This document shows, piece by piece, positions 38,017-48,151 of a stretch of 64,000 nt of DNA. Origin of the DNA: Patescibacteria group bacterium (GTDB lineage Bacteria > Patescibacteriota > Minisyncoccia > UBA6257 > 2-01-FULL-56-20); NCBI GenBank assembly GCA_018971305.1, contig JAGXBC010000003.1:156325-220324 (forward strand), written 5' to 3'. Each line of letters starts with the position of its first letter. The first letter of the stretch is position 1. The position numbers and the translations under genes were made by a program. The notes beneath the pieces were generated by a model that saw only the letters and a program-made list of their open reading frames with translations, ran no database searches and was not told the origin of the DNA.

Positions 38017-38919
38017 TCAATTTCTACTGTTTTTGCCGCTAATTACGATAAGCGCGGGACTGGCTATAAATATAGATGAATAGATGCCCGTTGTTACTCC
38101 GACGAGAAGAGTTAAGACAAAATAACGCAAGTTTATCGGTCCAACAAAATACATAGCGAGCAAGACCAGGATAAGGGTTAAAGAAGTGTTTATGGATCTG
38201 GCTAATGTTTGATTGACGCTCGCATTTATCGTTGCAGAAAAGTCTTCTTTGCCCCGGCCTAACAACAAATTCTCTCTAATTCTGTCAAAAACAACGATAG
38301 TGTCGTGGACCGAGAATCCCATAACTACGAGAAGCGCGACGACGAAATTACTATCAATTTCAATATGTAGAAAATGTCCAAGAATCGCCAAGAGTCCGGC
38401 CGGTATGGCAACGTCGTGAAATAAAGTGATAAGCGTGATGATGCCGTACTTCCAAGAACTTATCGGCCGCTGAACTTTTCTGAAGGCGAAGGCGATGTAG
38501 AAAGAAATTCCCACGAGCACAAGAATAATGGCGATAAGAGCGTTGCGCTTCAATTCCGCACCCACGGATGGTCCAATGGACTGAAAACTCAACTCTTCAA
38601 ACGAAGGAGTTTTATCTTTAACGTTCTGCAAAAATTTCTGATGGTCTGCTTCGCTGATGGCATTCAGACGGGCAAGGAAGGTGCCGTTCGTCAGATCATA
38701 ATTAACCCGAACATCTGAAATTCCCGGAAGAGAAGTGAAAACATTTTCCATATCAATCGCCGTGGGGTTTCCCTGAGAAACCTTGAACTGCCAAAGAGTG
38801 CCGCCGGCAAAATCAATCCCCTCTTTGAATCCAAAAAATAACATCGTGAAAACAGCGGCACCAACGAAGACTCCGGAAATTATAAAGAATATTTTCTTGT
38901 GTCCTACGATATTCAGCAT
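38017..38919 (-). CDS. secF: protein translocase subunit SecF
   Basis: Six-TM SecF topology with the conserved C-terminal TM bundle; follows secD. Confidence 0.9.
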   Translation of the reverse strand: MLNIVGHKKIFFIISGVFVGAAVFTMLFFGFKEGIDFAGGTLWQFKVSQGNPTAIDMENVFTSLPGISDVRVNYDLTNGTFLARLNAISEADHQKFLQNVKDKTPSFEELSFQSIGPSVGAELKRNALIAIILVLVGISFYIAFAFRKVQRPISSWKYGIITLITLFHDVAIPAGLLAILGHFLHIEIDSNFVVALLVVMGFSVHDTIVVFDRIRENLLLGRGKEDFSATINASVNQTLARSINTSLTLILVLLAMYFVGPINLRYFVLTLLVGVTTGIYSSIFIASPALIVISGKNSRN

Positions 38920-38923
38920 GTTT

Positions 38924-40183
38924 TTATTTATTGATTGCTGCGGGTTTGGCGGCAGATTTTTTATCTTTCATAAACACTCTTAGGAATAATCTGGTAGTCG
39001 TGATTGCGCTGAACAAGCTTATTAATACTCCCAGAAACAGAGTTAAGGCAAATCCCTTAACGAAACTGGAGGTAAAGTAGTAAAGAATGATGGCTGTTAT
39101 TATCGTTGAGCTATTTGAATCGCGGATGGAAGGCCATGCGTGTTTGAATCCTTCCTCAAGCGCCGAGGCCTTGGAGAGCCCTTTTTTTAACTCCTCTTTT
39201 ACCCTTTCAAATATAAGAATATTGGCGTCAACTGCCATGCCTATCGTCAAAATGAACCCCGCCAGCCCTGCCAAGCTCATCGTTATGGGTATGATTTTAA
39301 ACACACCGAGGGTAAGCAATATGTAGATAATCAGAGCTAGAGCCGCGAAAACTCCGAGTAAACCGTAATATAAAATCATAAAGAGCATGACGAGCGCGGT
39401 TCCTATAATTCCGGCAATAATAATCTTTCGCAATGAATCTGCCCCGAGGTTCGGACTAATTGTCTGCTGGTTGACCAAAGTCACTGGCGCGGGCAGCGCA
39501 CCGGCATTAAAACGTTCAACGAGTTGTTGCGCCTCGGAAATAGTAAAGTGTCCGGTTATTACGGCTTGGCCGCCAGTTATCTGCTGTTGGACCGTCGGAG
39601 CCTCGATTAAGTTATTGTCCAAAAAAATTGCCAGCGGCTTACCAATGTTTCTTCCCGTAGCTTCAGAAAAAATTTGTGCGCCCTCACTATTGAAAGAAAT
39701 GGAAACTTGCGGGGCATGAGTTGTATTGTCAAAAGTAAGCTGAGCTCCTGTTACGTAGCGGCCCGTTAAATTTGTCGGAATAAAACTTGTGCTGGAGCCG
39801 TTCTGTTCTACTTCGCGGAAATCCAAAAGAGGGGTTTCTCCTATCTGCTTGATGGCATCGCTTATGTTTTTAACTCCGGCAAGCTCTACTATTAATTCGG
39901 CTTTATCGCCGTTGGTCGCAGTGTATACCTGCGGCTCACTAACGCCAAAAAGATTAACACGCTTCTCGATCACATCGCGAAGTCCGTTCACAACGGAATC
40001 TCTATCCCCCTCTGCGACCTGCGCGAGGTCAATCTGGTAAACAAGATGGCTGCCACCGACAAGGTCAAGACCAAGCCGCCACGGCTGCCACTTAGTACCC
40101 AACCATTTCGGGTAAATAAAAACACCGGCTAAGACGGATAGTAAAATAATAATCGTTAAAAATAGGCCAGGATTACGGCGCAT
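38924..40183 (-). CDS. secD: protein translocase subunit SecD
   Basis: Large periplasmic loop plus C-terminal TM bundle motifs. Confidence 0.9.
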   Translation of the reverse strand: MRRNPGLFLTIIILLSVLAGVFIYPKWLGTKWQPWRLGLDLVGGSHLVYQIDLAQVAEGDRDSVVNGLRDVIEKRVNLFGVSEPQVYTATNGDKAELIVELAGVKNISDAIKQIGETPLLDFREVEQNGSSTSFIPTNLTGRYVTGAQLTFDNTTHAPQVSISFNSEGAQIFSEATGRNIGKPLAIFLDNNLIEAPTVQQQITGGQAVITGHFTISEAQQLVERFNAGALPAPVTLVNQQTISPNLGADSLRKIIIAGIIGTALVMLFMILYYGLLGVFAALALIIYILLTLGVFKIIPITMSLAGLAGFILTIGMAVDANILIFERVKEELKKGLSKASALEEGFKHAWPSIRDSNSSTIITAIILYYFTSSFVKGFALTLFLGVLISLFSAITTTRLFLRVFMKDKKSAAKPAAINK

Positions 40184-40279
40184 ATTGGATATTATTTTAA
40201 CATATTATCAATTTGATTACAAATCGGAATCGGACCATAATTATCGTAGATATATTTGTATTTTATTCGGAGGCTAAAG

Positions 40280-40576
40280 ATGGCTGAAAACCCCTACATC
40301 TGGTACGAGGACCTCCTGTTTCTCGCGGCTAAAATAGAAAAACTGATGCTTATAATAATGGCCGGCAATTCTAATTCGGGAACGCGGGCGGTATATCGTG
40401 AATATAAGAAGCAACTGAAATTGCATTGGATATGCGCAAGCAATGAAGAATTAATGGCCGCAATAGAAAGAGGCCATAAAGATTTTCCCGCCGACCGGGA
40501 ATTTTATAAACTGGAGAATCTTCAGCGCGCAAGGGCCTACCATCAACAACATTTGCCGAAATCTATGATTCAATAA
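40280..40576 (+). CDS. hypothetical protein
   Basis: GGAGG 6 nt upstream of the ATG at 40280; 98 aa. Confidence 0.45.
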   Translation: MAENPYIWYEDLLFLAAKIEKLMLIIMAGNSNSGTRAVYREYKKQLKLHWICASNEELMAAIERGHKDFPADREFYKLENLQRARAYHQQHLPKSMIQ

Positions 40577-40683
40577 ACAACCCACCAGAAAATGGTGGGG
40601 CTTTTTATATTTTTAGGGAATCAATGTGCGAGGGCTTGCCACGCCTCTGACGGGATTGGACGACCTGCTCGCCAGCCGGCAAG

Positions 40684-40710
40684 TGTTCGAACGGTTTTGT
40701 TGTGTAATAT
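40684..40710. repeat. 27-nt direct repeat copy A (TGTTCGAACGGTTTTGTTGTGTAATAT)
   Basis: 25/27 identical to the copy at 41152-41178. Confidence 0.7.
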
Positions 40711-40726
40711 ATAAAAACGGCGCCCG

Positions 40727-41065
40727 TTATAGGTGCGCCGCGTATCTTTTAATATCTTCTGATAAATAGACAACTTCTTGAAGACTTATTGATTCTGCCT
40801 CCTTGCCTGTATTTTTTCCAAGTATTAAATCATCAATTGCGCAAAGAAATGCTGGTTTACTCTCAGCCGAGACGCATTTCTCGTAAATATGCAATAGACC
40901 ATCGGACACGGATTCGGAGTTGACGATTATTGTATATACAGCAGTCGACGTCCCTCTTCCACGAGAAATACAAAACGCTTGAACCACGGTCCATATCCAT
41001 TCGGCGAAACCATTACGATCGAGATTGTTTAATTCTTGCGCAGCTTTCTTATCGGCCCAAGACAA
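40727..41065 (-). CDS. hypothetical protein flanked by the 27-nt repeats
   Basis: TTG start preceded by an AAGGAG ribosome-binding site; 112 aa. Confidence 0.45.
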   Translation of the reverse strand: MSWADKKAAQELNNLDRNGFAEWIWTVVQAFCISRGRGTSTAVYTIIVNSESVSDGLLHIYEKCVSAESKPAFLCAIDDLILGKNTGKEAESISLQEVVYLSEDIKRYAAHL

Positions 41066-41103
41066 AGTAATCTCCTTTTATACCAGATTATTCTTTCGAA
41101 ATC

Positions 41104-41118
41104 ATATATTACACACAA
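41104..41118. repeat. inverted partial copy (ATATATTACACACAA) of the repeat 3' half
   Basis: Reverse complement matches TTGTGTGTAATATAT; forms an inverted repeat with copy B across a 33-nt spacer. Confidence 0.55.
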
Positions 41119-41151
41119 TCACAGTGTCAACTTGTGTGCAGGAGAGGACGA

Positions 41152-41178
41152 TGTTCGAACGATTTTGTGGTGTAATAT
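41152..41178. repeat. 27-nt direct repeat copy B (TGTTCGAACGATTTTGTGGTGTAATAT)
   Basis: 25/27 identical to copy A. Confidence 0.7.
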
Positions 41179-41185
41179 GGAACAA

Positions 41186-41833
41186 TCAAGCATCCACAAA
41201 TAGGTATTTACCCTCTGTAATAACTTTGATTTTGTCGTTTATCACCTCTAATGCAGAATTATCATCAAGCGCATACATCGGCCCCCTCAGCTTTTTAGCA
41301 AGCCTGGTCAGGTATTTAGTTCTTGCTTTCGGAAAATGTGGGGAGCTGAAGTGGGGTCGGAAGTGGAGACTAACCAATCTAAGGGCTTTTTCTCTTCTGG
41401 GCTCTTCGCCATAATACATCTTGAGCAACGATAAATCAGGACCCGCAACGATGCTCCCCGCACTGATACCAACATAGACCCTCATTTTCAAGAGCCTAGG
41501 CAATGCTTTATCGATTCCTGATTTTCTGATCCAATGCAGTAGGTAAGATGTGTCTCCGCCCCCAAAGAGAATGACATCTGCTTCTTCTAAACGAGGACGC
41601 CAGATTCTTGATTGCGGTGTGGCATCAATATTTAAGATATTTATCTTTCCGAAACCGAGCTTGGCGCAATTATTAAGATCATTAATTAGCCATTTCTTAT
41701 CTCGTGAAGAAATATTTGCGGCCGTAGGAATAAAAACAAGCTTCGCTTTAGAAAATGGTTTTCTCAATAATTTCCTCAGCGACTTCGCTATGGTCTTATT
41801 ACTGATTCCGTTCGAAGTCAAAAGCAATCTCAT
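41186..41833 (-). CDS. pepE: peptidase E-like S51 family dipeptidase
   Basis: LLTSNG, FGGGDT and GISAGS motifs. Confidence 0.75.
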   Translation of the reverse strand: MRLLLTSNGISNKTIAKSLRKLLRKPFSKAKLVFIPTAANISSRDKKWLINDLNNCAKLGFGKINILNIDATPQSRIWRPRLEEADVILFGGGDTSYLLHWIRKSGIDKALPRLLKMRVYVGISAGSIVAGPDLSLLKMYYGEEPRREKALRLVSLHFRPHFSSPHFPKARTKYLTRLAKKLRGPMYALDDNSALEVINDKIKVITEGKYLFVDA

Positions 41834-41856
41834 AAGTTAAGTTTAACAAAAAACCT

Positions 41857-41944
41857 TGGTGCGCAGGGCAGGATTCGAACCTGCGTAGCCCAAAAGGGCG
41901 ACAGATTTACAGTCTGTTGCGATTGGCCGCTCCGCCACCTGCGC
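41857..41944 (-). tRNA. tRNA-Tyr (anticodon GTA), type II with long variable arm, CCA encoded
   Basis: Reverse complement GCGCAGGTGGCGGAGCGGCCAA…CAGACTGTAAATCTG…GGTTCGAATCCTGCCCTGCGCACCA. A 7-bp acceptor stem can be drawn by hand; the anticodon loop is CTGTAAA. Confidence 0.9.
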
Positions 41945-41949
41945 ATAAC

Positions 41950-42303
41950 CTACAAATCGATAACGGAATTTCCGTCTTCCTTATTCTTACCGCTTATTTC
42001 CTTAAAATCAATAGCTGGCTTCTGAGCGTTCGCGCCCGTGTTCTCTGGGCGAATCTTACGTAAGTGTCCGCTCAGTGAATTATCAACTTTTAATAACAAG
42101 ATTTTTAGTTTTCTGAGAAACTTTACCAAAAATCCATTCATAGCAACATCTACCTTCTCCGGTAATTCCGACGCCAGCCAGCGTTCCATAATCCCCTTTT
42201 TGTCCTCGCCGCTCATCTCAATTCTCGGCAGAGTTCTCACTGCGACATACAAAATCGTGCCGAGAGAAATCATAAATATGTTCGTGAAAATAAATTGTGC
42301 CAT
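41950..42303 (-). CDS. hypothetical membrane protein
   Basis: N-terminal TM helix; 117 aa. Confidence 0.4.
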   Translation of the reverse strand: MAQFIFTNIFMISLGTILYVAVRTLPRIEMSGEDKKGIMERWLASELPEKVDVAMNGFLVKFLRKLKILLLKVDNSLSGHLRKIRPENTGANAQKPAIDFKEISGKNKEDGNSVIDL

Positions 42304-42350
42304 ATCTTTAAATCGATAACATTACGAAATCTTATTTTTCAAGCATCGCA

Positions 42351-42719
42351 CTACTTACCATCGTAAGAGTCCAGATCAGGAGGCCTCCTCCTTTTTGCCG
42401 GGGTTGGTACTTTGTTTTCAAGTTCGCTTCCTGTTCCCCTAGGCAATGCAAAGAATTGTTCTTCGGTTACCGATTTTAGAGCTCGCAACATATTTTTAGC
42501 GGATGGTTTGAAACGATTAAAAGCTTCCTTATTCGCTTTAGAAATTTCTCCGTTGACATATTCTTTTATCAAAGATAAATCTTCCGGAGAAAACTCTTCT
42601 CCATAAACGCGTTCTAGTCCGCTTAAATTATTAAACACACGTCTAAGCGTGTCCATCTCGCCCTCGGAAAAACTCTCAGCTTTATTTACTTCTTGTACCG
42701 GCTCCCCCTCGCTTTTCAT
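42351..42719 (-). CDS. hypothetical protein
   Basis: 122-aa acidic ORF. Confidence 0.4.
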   Translation of the reverse strand: MKSEGEPVQEVNKAESFSEGEMDTLRRVFNNLSGLERVYGEEFSPEDLSLIKEYVNGEISKANKEAFNRFKPSAKNMLRALKSVTEEQFFALPRGTGSELENKVPTPAKRRRPPDLDSYDGK

Positions 42720-42733
42720 AGATAAGTAGGCAA

Positions 42734-43183
42734 TTAAACTTCAATCCTGCTGAACTTATTTATTTTAACATTCTCGCCAACTTTAGCTATGACTTCGTTA
42801 ACGATATCGGCAACTGTGCGCGACTCATCTTTGATGTAGGGCTGTTTCAGAAGTTCTTCCACATTTTCCGGTGCGACAGCGGCAATCTGCATAGCAAGTT
42901 CATGGACCAAGTTTTGGAAAGGGTCTGAACGGACAACAAAATCCGTTTCCGCGCGTAAATCCACAAGAACACCGATGCGTTCGTTATGAACATATGAATG
43001 AACCAAGCCAGCCCCAGCTTCCCGTCCGGCCCTTTTTTCAACTTTCTCCAGGCCGCGTTCGCGAATGATGCTCATAGCTTTATCTAGATTTCCTTCGGAA
43101 TCTTTGAGTGCTTTCTGGCAATCCATAACTCCGGCACCGGTTATCTCACGCAATTTTTGAATGTCGCTCGGATTAATTTTCAT
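42734..43183 (-). CDS. tsf: elongation factor Ts (short form)
   Basis: N-terminal UBA-like ITGAGVMDCQKAL motif; follows rpsB. Confidence 0.85.
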   Translation of the reverse strand: MKINPSDIQKLREITGAGVMDCQKALKDSEGNLDKAMSIIRERGLEKVEKRAGREAGAGLVHSYVHNERIGVLVDLRAETDFVVRSDPFQNLVHELAMQIAAVAPENVEELLKQPYIKDESRTVADIVNEVIAKVGENVKINKFSRIEV

Positions 43184-44018
43184 CTGCCTTTTTTACGTGC
43201 TTTATACCTTCCTTGCCATCCTTTGCCGCATTTTTTTCCGAGGCCTTTTCTGCCTCAATACGAGCTGCTTCCAAAGCGGCTTTAGCGCGCAGAGCTAATC
43301 CATCTTTCAACGCTCCGTCAATCTTTCCTAAAAACCAATTTATGCTCTTCACCGCCCTGTCGTTTCCCGGGACAAGATAGTCAATAACGTCCGGGTTACT
43401 ATCAACGTTAGCAAGAGCAATAACAGGAATCTTGGCACGTTGTGCCTCGCGTACGGCGGTATCGTGTAATTTAGGATCTATCACCACAAGCACGTCTGGT
43501 TCCTTCGTTAAAAGTTCTAAGCCGCCGAAAAGTTCCAGAAGCCGCTCTAAATCCTTTTCTAAGTCTAAGCGCTCTTTCTTTGTATATTTGTTTATGAGCG
43601 CGCCGGAAGACAGATCGCTGCGCAATTTTTTGAAGTATTCAATTCTTTTAGATAGAACTTTGAAATTTGTTATCGTTCCTCCAGCCCAGCGGTCGGTGAC
43701 ATAAGGCATATTGTATTTTTTGGACAACTCTTTTATTCCAGCTTCTGCGGATGGTTCTGTGCCGACAAAAAGTGCGAAACCGCCATTCCTGACCTTCTCT
43801 TTAAGAAAGGCGATTGCTTTTTCCATGGCTTCGGCGGTTTGAGCCAGGTTAATTATCTCTATTCCGGCGCGCTGCGTTAGGACATACTGCCTCATCTTAG
43901 GATTGGTCTTGCTCTTTTGGCGGCCGTAAAAAACGCCGGCTTCTATCATTTCGCGTGAAGCGGCTTCGGGATATACATTAGCTGCACTATCTACTGGTAT
44001 TGTATTGGTTTCTGACAT
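43173..44018 (-). CDS. rpsB: 30S ribosomal protein S2 (with Lys/Ala-rich C-terminal extension)
   Basis: VFYGRQKSKTNPKM…TDRWAGGTITNF S2 motifs. ATG at 44018 preferred over the TTG at 44054. Confidence 0.9.
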   Translation of the reverse strand: MSETNTIPVDSAANVYPEAASREMIEAGVFYGRQKSKTNPKMRQYVLTQRAGIEIINLAQTAEAMEKAIAFLKEKVRNGGFALFVGTEPSAEAGIKELSKKYNMPYVTDRWAGGTITNFKVLSKRIEYFKKLRSDLSSGALINKYTKKERLDLEKDLERLLELFGGLELLTKEPDVLVVIDPKLHDTAVREAQRAKIPVIALANVDSNPDVIDYLVPGNDRAVKSINWFLGKIDGALKDGLALRAKAALEAARIEAEKASEKNAAKDGKEGIKHVKKADEN

Positions 44019-44073
44019 CTGAAAAATTATATACGATTGAAAATTTTGAGTCAAATTTTTTATCAGAGCTATT

Positions 44074-44110
44074 TTATCATAAAAACAGCCTCCCTTTCAA
44101 TAAGGGAAGC
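44074..44110 (-). terminator. rho-independent terminator (minus strand)
   Basis: GCUUCCCUU-AUUGA-AAGGGAGGC hairpin followed by UGUUUUUAU on the minus strand. Confidence 0.65.
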
Positions 44111-44258
44111 CGGTAGGATCGATAAGAGCCGGGGGTTCTGGCTCTTCTCCGGGTTCGTGGTTCGGGAAACCATCCGGGCCGCTTTCGGCGTAAGGAGGCT
44201 CAATGCTGACATTTGTCCGATCTTCTGATTTGGGATTGCTCACATTTGGTATTTCCAC
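44097..44258 (-). CDS. possible small acidic Pro/Glu-rich protein (53 aa) in a GC-rich island
   Basis: GGAGG plus an 8-nt spacer plus a GTG start; the ORF ends in the terminator hairpin. An ncRNA is an alternative explanation. Confidence 0.3.
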   Translation of the reverse strand: MEIPNVSNPKSEDRTNVSIEPPYAESGPDGFPNHEPGEEPEPPALIDPTGFPY

Positions 44259-44334
44259 TTATGTAACCTCCAAAAAAGTGATAACTATTAACATCTTAAC
44301 AAAAATGACAGAAAATACAAGGCGGTTCGTATAA

Positions 44335-44991
44335 CTATTTTCCGAATTTATAAAGTGGACATACGTTATGGTTATGCGGCCGCGCGGGGCAGTATTTCCT
44401 TCCATAATCAATCAATAAATAAGTTATATTAAACCAATCATTTTTCGGAATTATTTGCATCAGGTCCCGCTCTATTTTTTCCGGTTCGGTGTGTTTTGTA
44501 AGGCCAAGCTTTTTTGACAGGCGAATAACGTGCGTATCAACCGCTATCCCCTCCACCACTCCGTAAGCATTGCCCAAAATAACATTCGCCGACTTTCTGC
44601 CGATGCCGGGAATCGTGAGCATTTCGGCCATCGTCTTCGGCAACTTGCCGCCGAATTTTTCCTTAACGACTTTCGCCGCTCCCAGAACATTTTTTGCTTT
44701 GGAGCGGTAAAAACCGGTGGACTTAATGTCTTTCTCGAATTCCCGTACTCCACGGACGCTTTTGCCCATTCTTACATAATCTTCAAGTTTGCGGTATTTC
44801 TTAAATAGTTGCGCGGTCACTTCGTTTACCTTTTTATCCGTACATTGTGCGGAGAGTTCTACCGCAACCAAAAGCTCCCAATTATTGGAATAATTAAGGG
44901 CTATTCTCGGATTAGGAAAAAATTTCTTAAGAATCTTGGTAATTTTTTGCGCACGTTTTTTGAGATGCGGCAATTCTTTCGGTAAGGTCAT
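44335..44991 (-). CDS. nth: endonuclease III (HhH-GPD DNA glycosylase)
   Basis: HhH motif LTIPGIGRKSANVIL and a catalytic Lys/Asp region. Confidence 0.85.
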   Translation of the reverse strand: MTLPKELPHLKKRAQKITKILKKFFPNPRIALNYSNNWELLVAVELSAQCTDKKVNEVTAQLFKKYRKLEDYVRMGKSVRGVREFEKDIKSTGFYRSKAKNVLGAAKVVKEKFGGKLPKTMAEMLTIPGIGRKSANVILGNAYGVVEGIAVDTHVIRLSKKLGLTKHTEPEKIERDLMQIIPKNDWFNITYLLIDYGRKYCPARPHNHNVCPLYKFGK

Positions 44992-45016
44992 ATATCAATA
45001 TTGTATATTATAAGCA

Positions 45017-45547
45017 ATGGTTAAAATACTATCAAAAGATTTTTTTAATAAGCCTACTATCACGGTAGCTAAGAAATTATTGGGTAAATTTTTAGTCAGG
45101 CGCTATCGCGGAAAACGCATCGTGCTCATGATAACCGAAGTTGAGGTCTATGACGGTCCGCAAGACAAGGCATCGCATGCAAGCCGTGGCAAAACGGCGC
45201 GCAACGAACCGATGTTCGGGGAGGCCGGCAGATTTTACGTTTATTTCACCTATGGCATCCACTGGCTTGTGAATGTAGTAACTGGTCCGAAAGGATATCC
45301 GGCAGCCATTCTTTTTCGCGCCGGGCGAACACTCGAAGGAAAAGATATAATCGGTCCTGCGCGCCTAACAAAATATTTAAAAATTGACGGGAAGTTAACC
45401 GGAAAATTAGCCGGTCGACGGACTGGCCTTTGGTTTGAAGACCATGGAATAAAAATAAGACCCTCGCATATCAAGCGAGGGCCGAGAGTAGGCGTTGACT
45501 ACGCCGGGAGTTGGGCAAAAAAACCGTACAATCTAAAACTACTCTAA
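45017..45547 (+). CDS. mpg: DNA-3-methyladenine glycosylase (Mpg/AAG family)
   Basis: ITEVEVYDGPQDKASHA and FYVYFTYGIHWLVNVV motifs. Confidence 0.85.
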   Translation: MVKILSKDFFNKPTITVAKKLLGKFLVRRYRGKRIVLMITEVEVYDGPQDKASHASRGKTARNEPMFGEAGRFYVYFTYGIHWLVNVVTGPKGYPAAILFRAGRTLEGKDIIGPARLTKYLKIDGKLTGKLAGRRTGLWFEDHGIKIRPSHIKRGPRVGVDYAGSWAKKPYNLKLL

Positions 45548-45964
45548 GCGGCGATAACCGTTGAAGCCGGAAACCCATTTCTCGTACTTCATAGTGTCTG
45601 GAAAGAATCCTCTAAGGTATTCTTCGGCAGCATCAAGCTCTTTCTTGTAATCTGGCTCTGTGCCGCCGTAGGCGCCGCAGTTCTCGTGTAAGACGAGAAT
45701 AATGGTGTCCGAGTGATGAAGGGCTACCGATGTTTGGATGGCCCAAAGCATAGTTTTCCTGTGGGCTTCGTCCGCGGGAGAAGAAAGTGATTTCGCTCCT
45801 CCGGGCAAGATAATTGCGTCTTTACGATCAAGACCCTTAACCTCAATAAATTCAAAGAACGCAGGCAAAAATCCGTCATCAAAGCAACCCACAACAGTCG
45901 CCTTCGCCTTATAGTGCTCACCAGGTTTTCGCCATGGCCGAATATTTGGGAACGATTCTGACAT
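45539..45964 (-). CDS. hypothetical protein with CxDxG … HxxCG motifs (weak beta-carbonic-anhydrase-like signature)
   Basis: GCFDDGF and HENCGAYGG segments; 141 aa; directly downstream of atpC. Confidence 0.35.
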   Translation of the reverse strand: MSESFPNIRPWRKPGEHYKAKATVVGCFDDGFLPAFFEFIEVKGLDRKDAIILPGGAKSLSSPADEAHRKTMLWAIQTSVALHHSDTIILVLHENCGAYGGTEPDYKKELDAAEEYLRGFFPDTMKYEKWVSGFNGYRRLE

Positions 45965-46209
45965 TACTGTTTTTCCTCCACGATTAGTTTTGTATCGTTC
46001 AAACGGGTTTCTAAGAACCCGGAGCTTATAGGAATATAATATTCTTTTCCATTTTTGTCAAGGATGGTCATTGTGCCTTTGTCCAAAATGGAAATCATGG
46101 CTTCGTGATTATCCAAAATCGTAACCTCGCCATTCAATGTATTGCAATTAACCGATGTCGCCTCACCCCTGAATAAAACTTTTTTTAAAGAATAAACTCC
46201 GAGTTTCAT
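45964..46209 (-). CDS. atpC: F1 ATP synthase epsilon subunit (beta-sandwich domain only)
   Basis: Position after atpD; short epsilon-like sequence. Confidence 0.75.
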   Translation of the reverse strand: MKLGVYSLKKVLFRGEATSVNCNTLNGEVTILDNHEAMISILDKGTMTILDKNGKEYYIPISSGFLETRLNDTKLIVEEKQ

Positions 46210-46212
46210 TAT

Positions 46213-48141
<1,929 letters not shown>

Positions 48142-48151
48142 GGTTTTATAT

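Noticed and set aside
40684-41178. Possibility that the 27-nt repeats are a CRISPR array
   Set aside because: There are only two direct copies about 440 bp apart, plus a partial inverted copy. There is no regular spacer periodicity and no cas genes. It is not a CRISPR array.
41857-41944. Additional tRNA genes elsewhere (searched for GTTCGAATC / GATTCGAAC T-loop signatures)
   Set aside because: Only the tRNA-Tyr locus gives a full cloverleaf. The TTCGAAC inside the 27-nt repeats lacks flanking stems.
44110-44334. SRP RNA (ffs) assignment for the GC-rich island
   Set aside because: Only a short, imperfect resemblance to the domain IV motif. I could not draw the expected helix or GNRA loop by hand. 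It is left as a candidate needing a covariance-model search.
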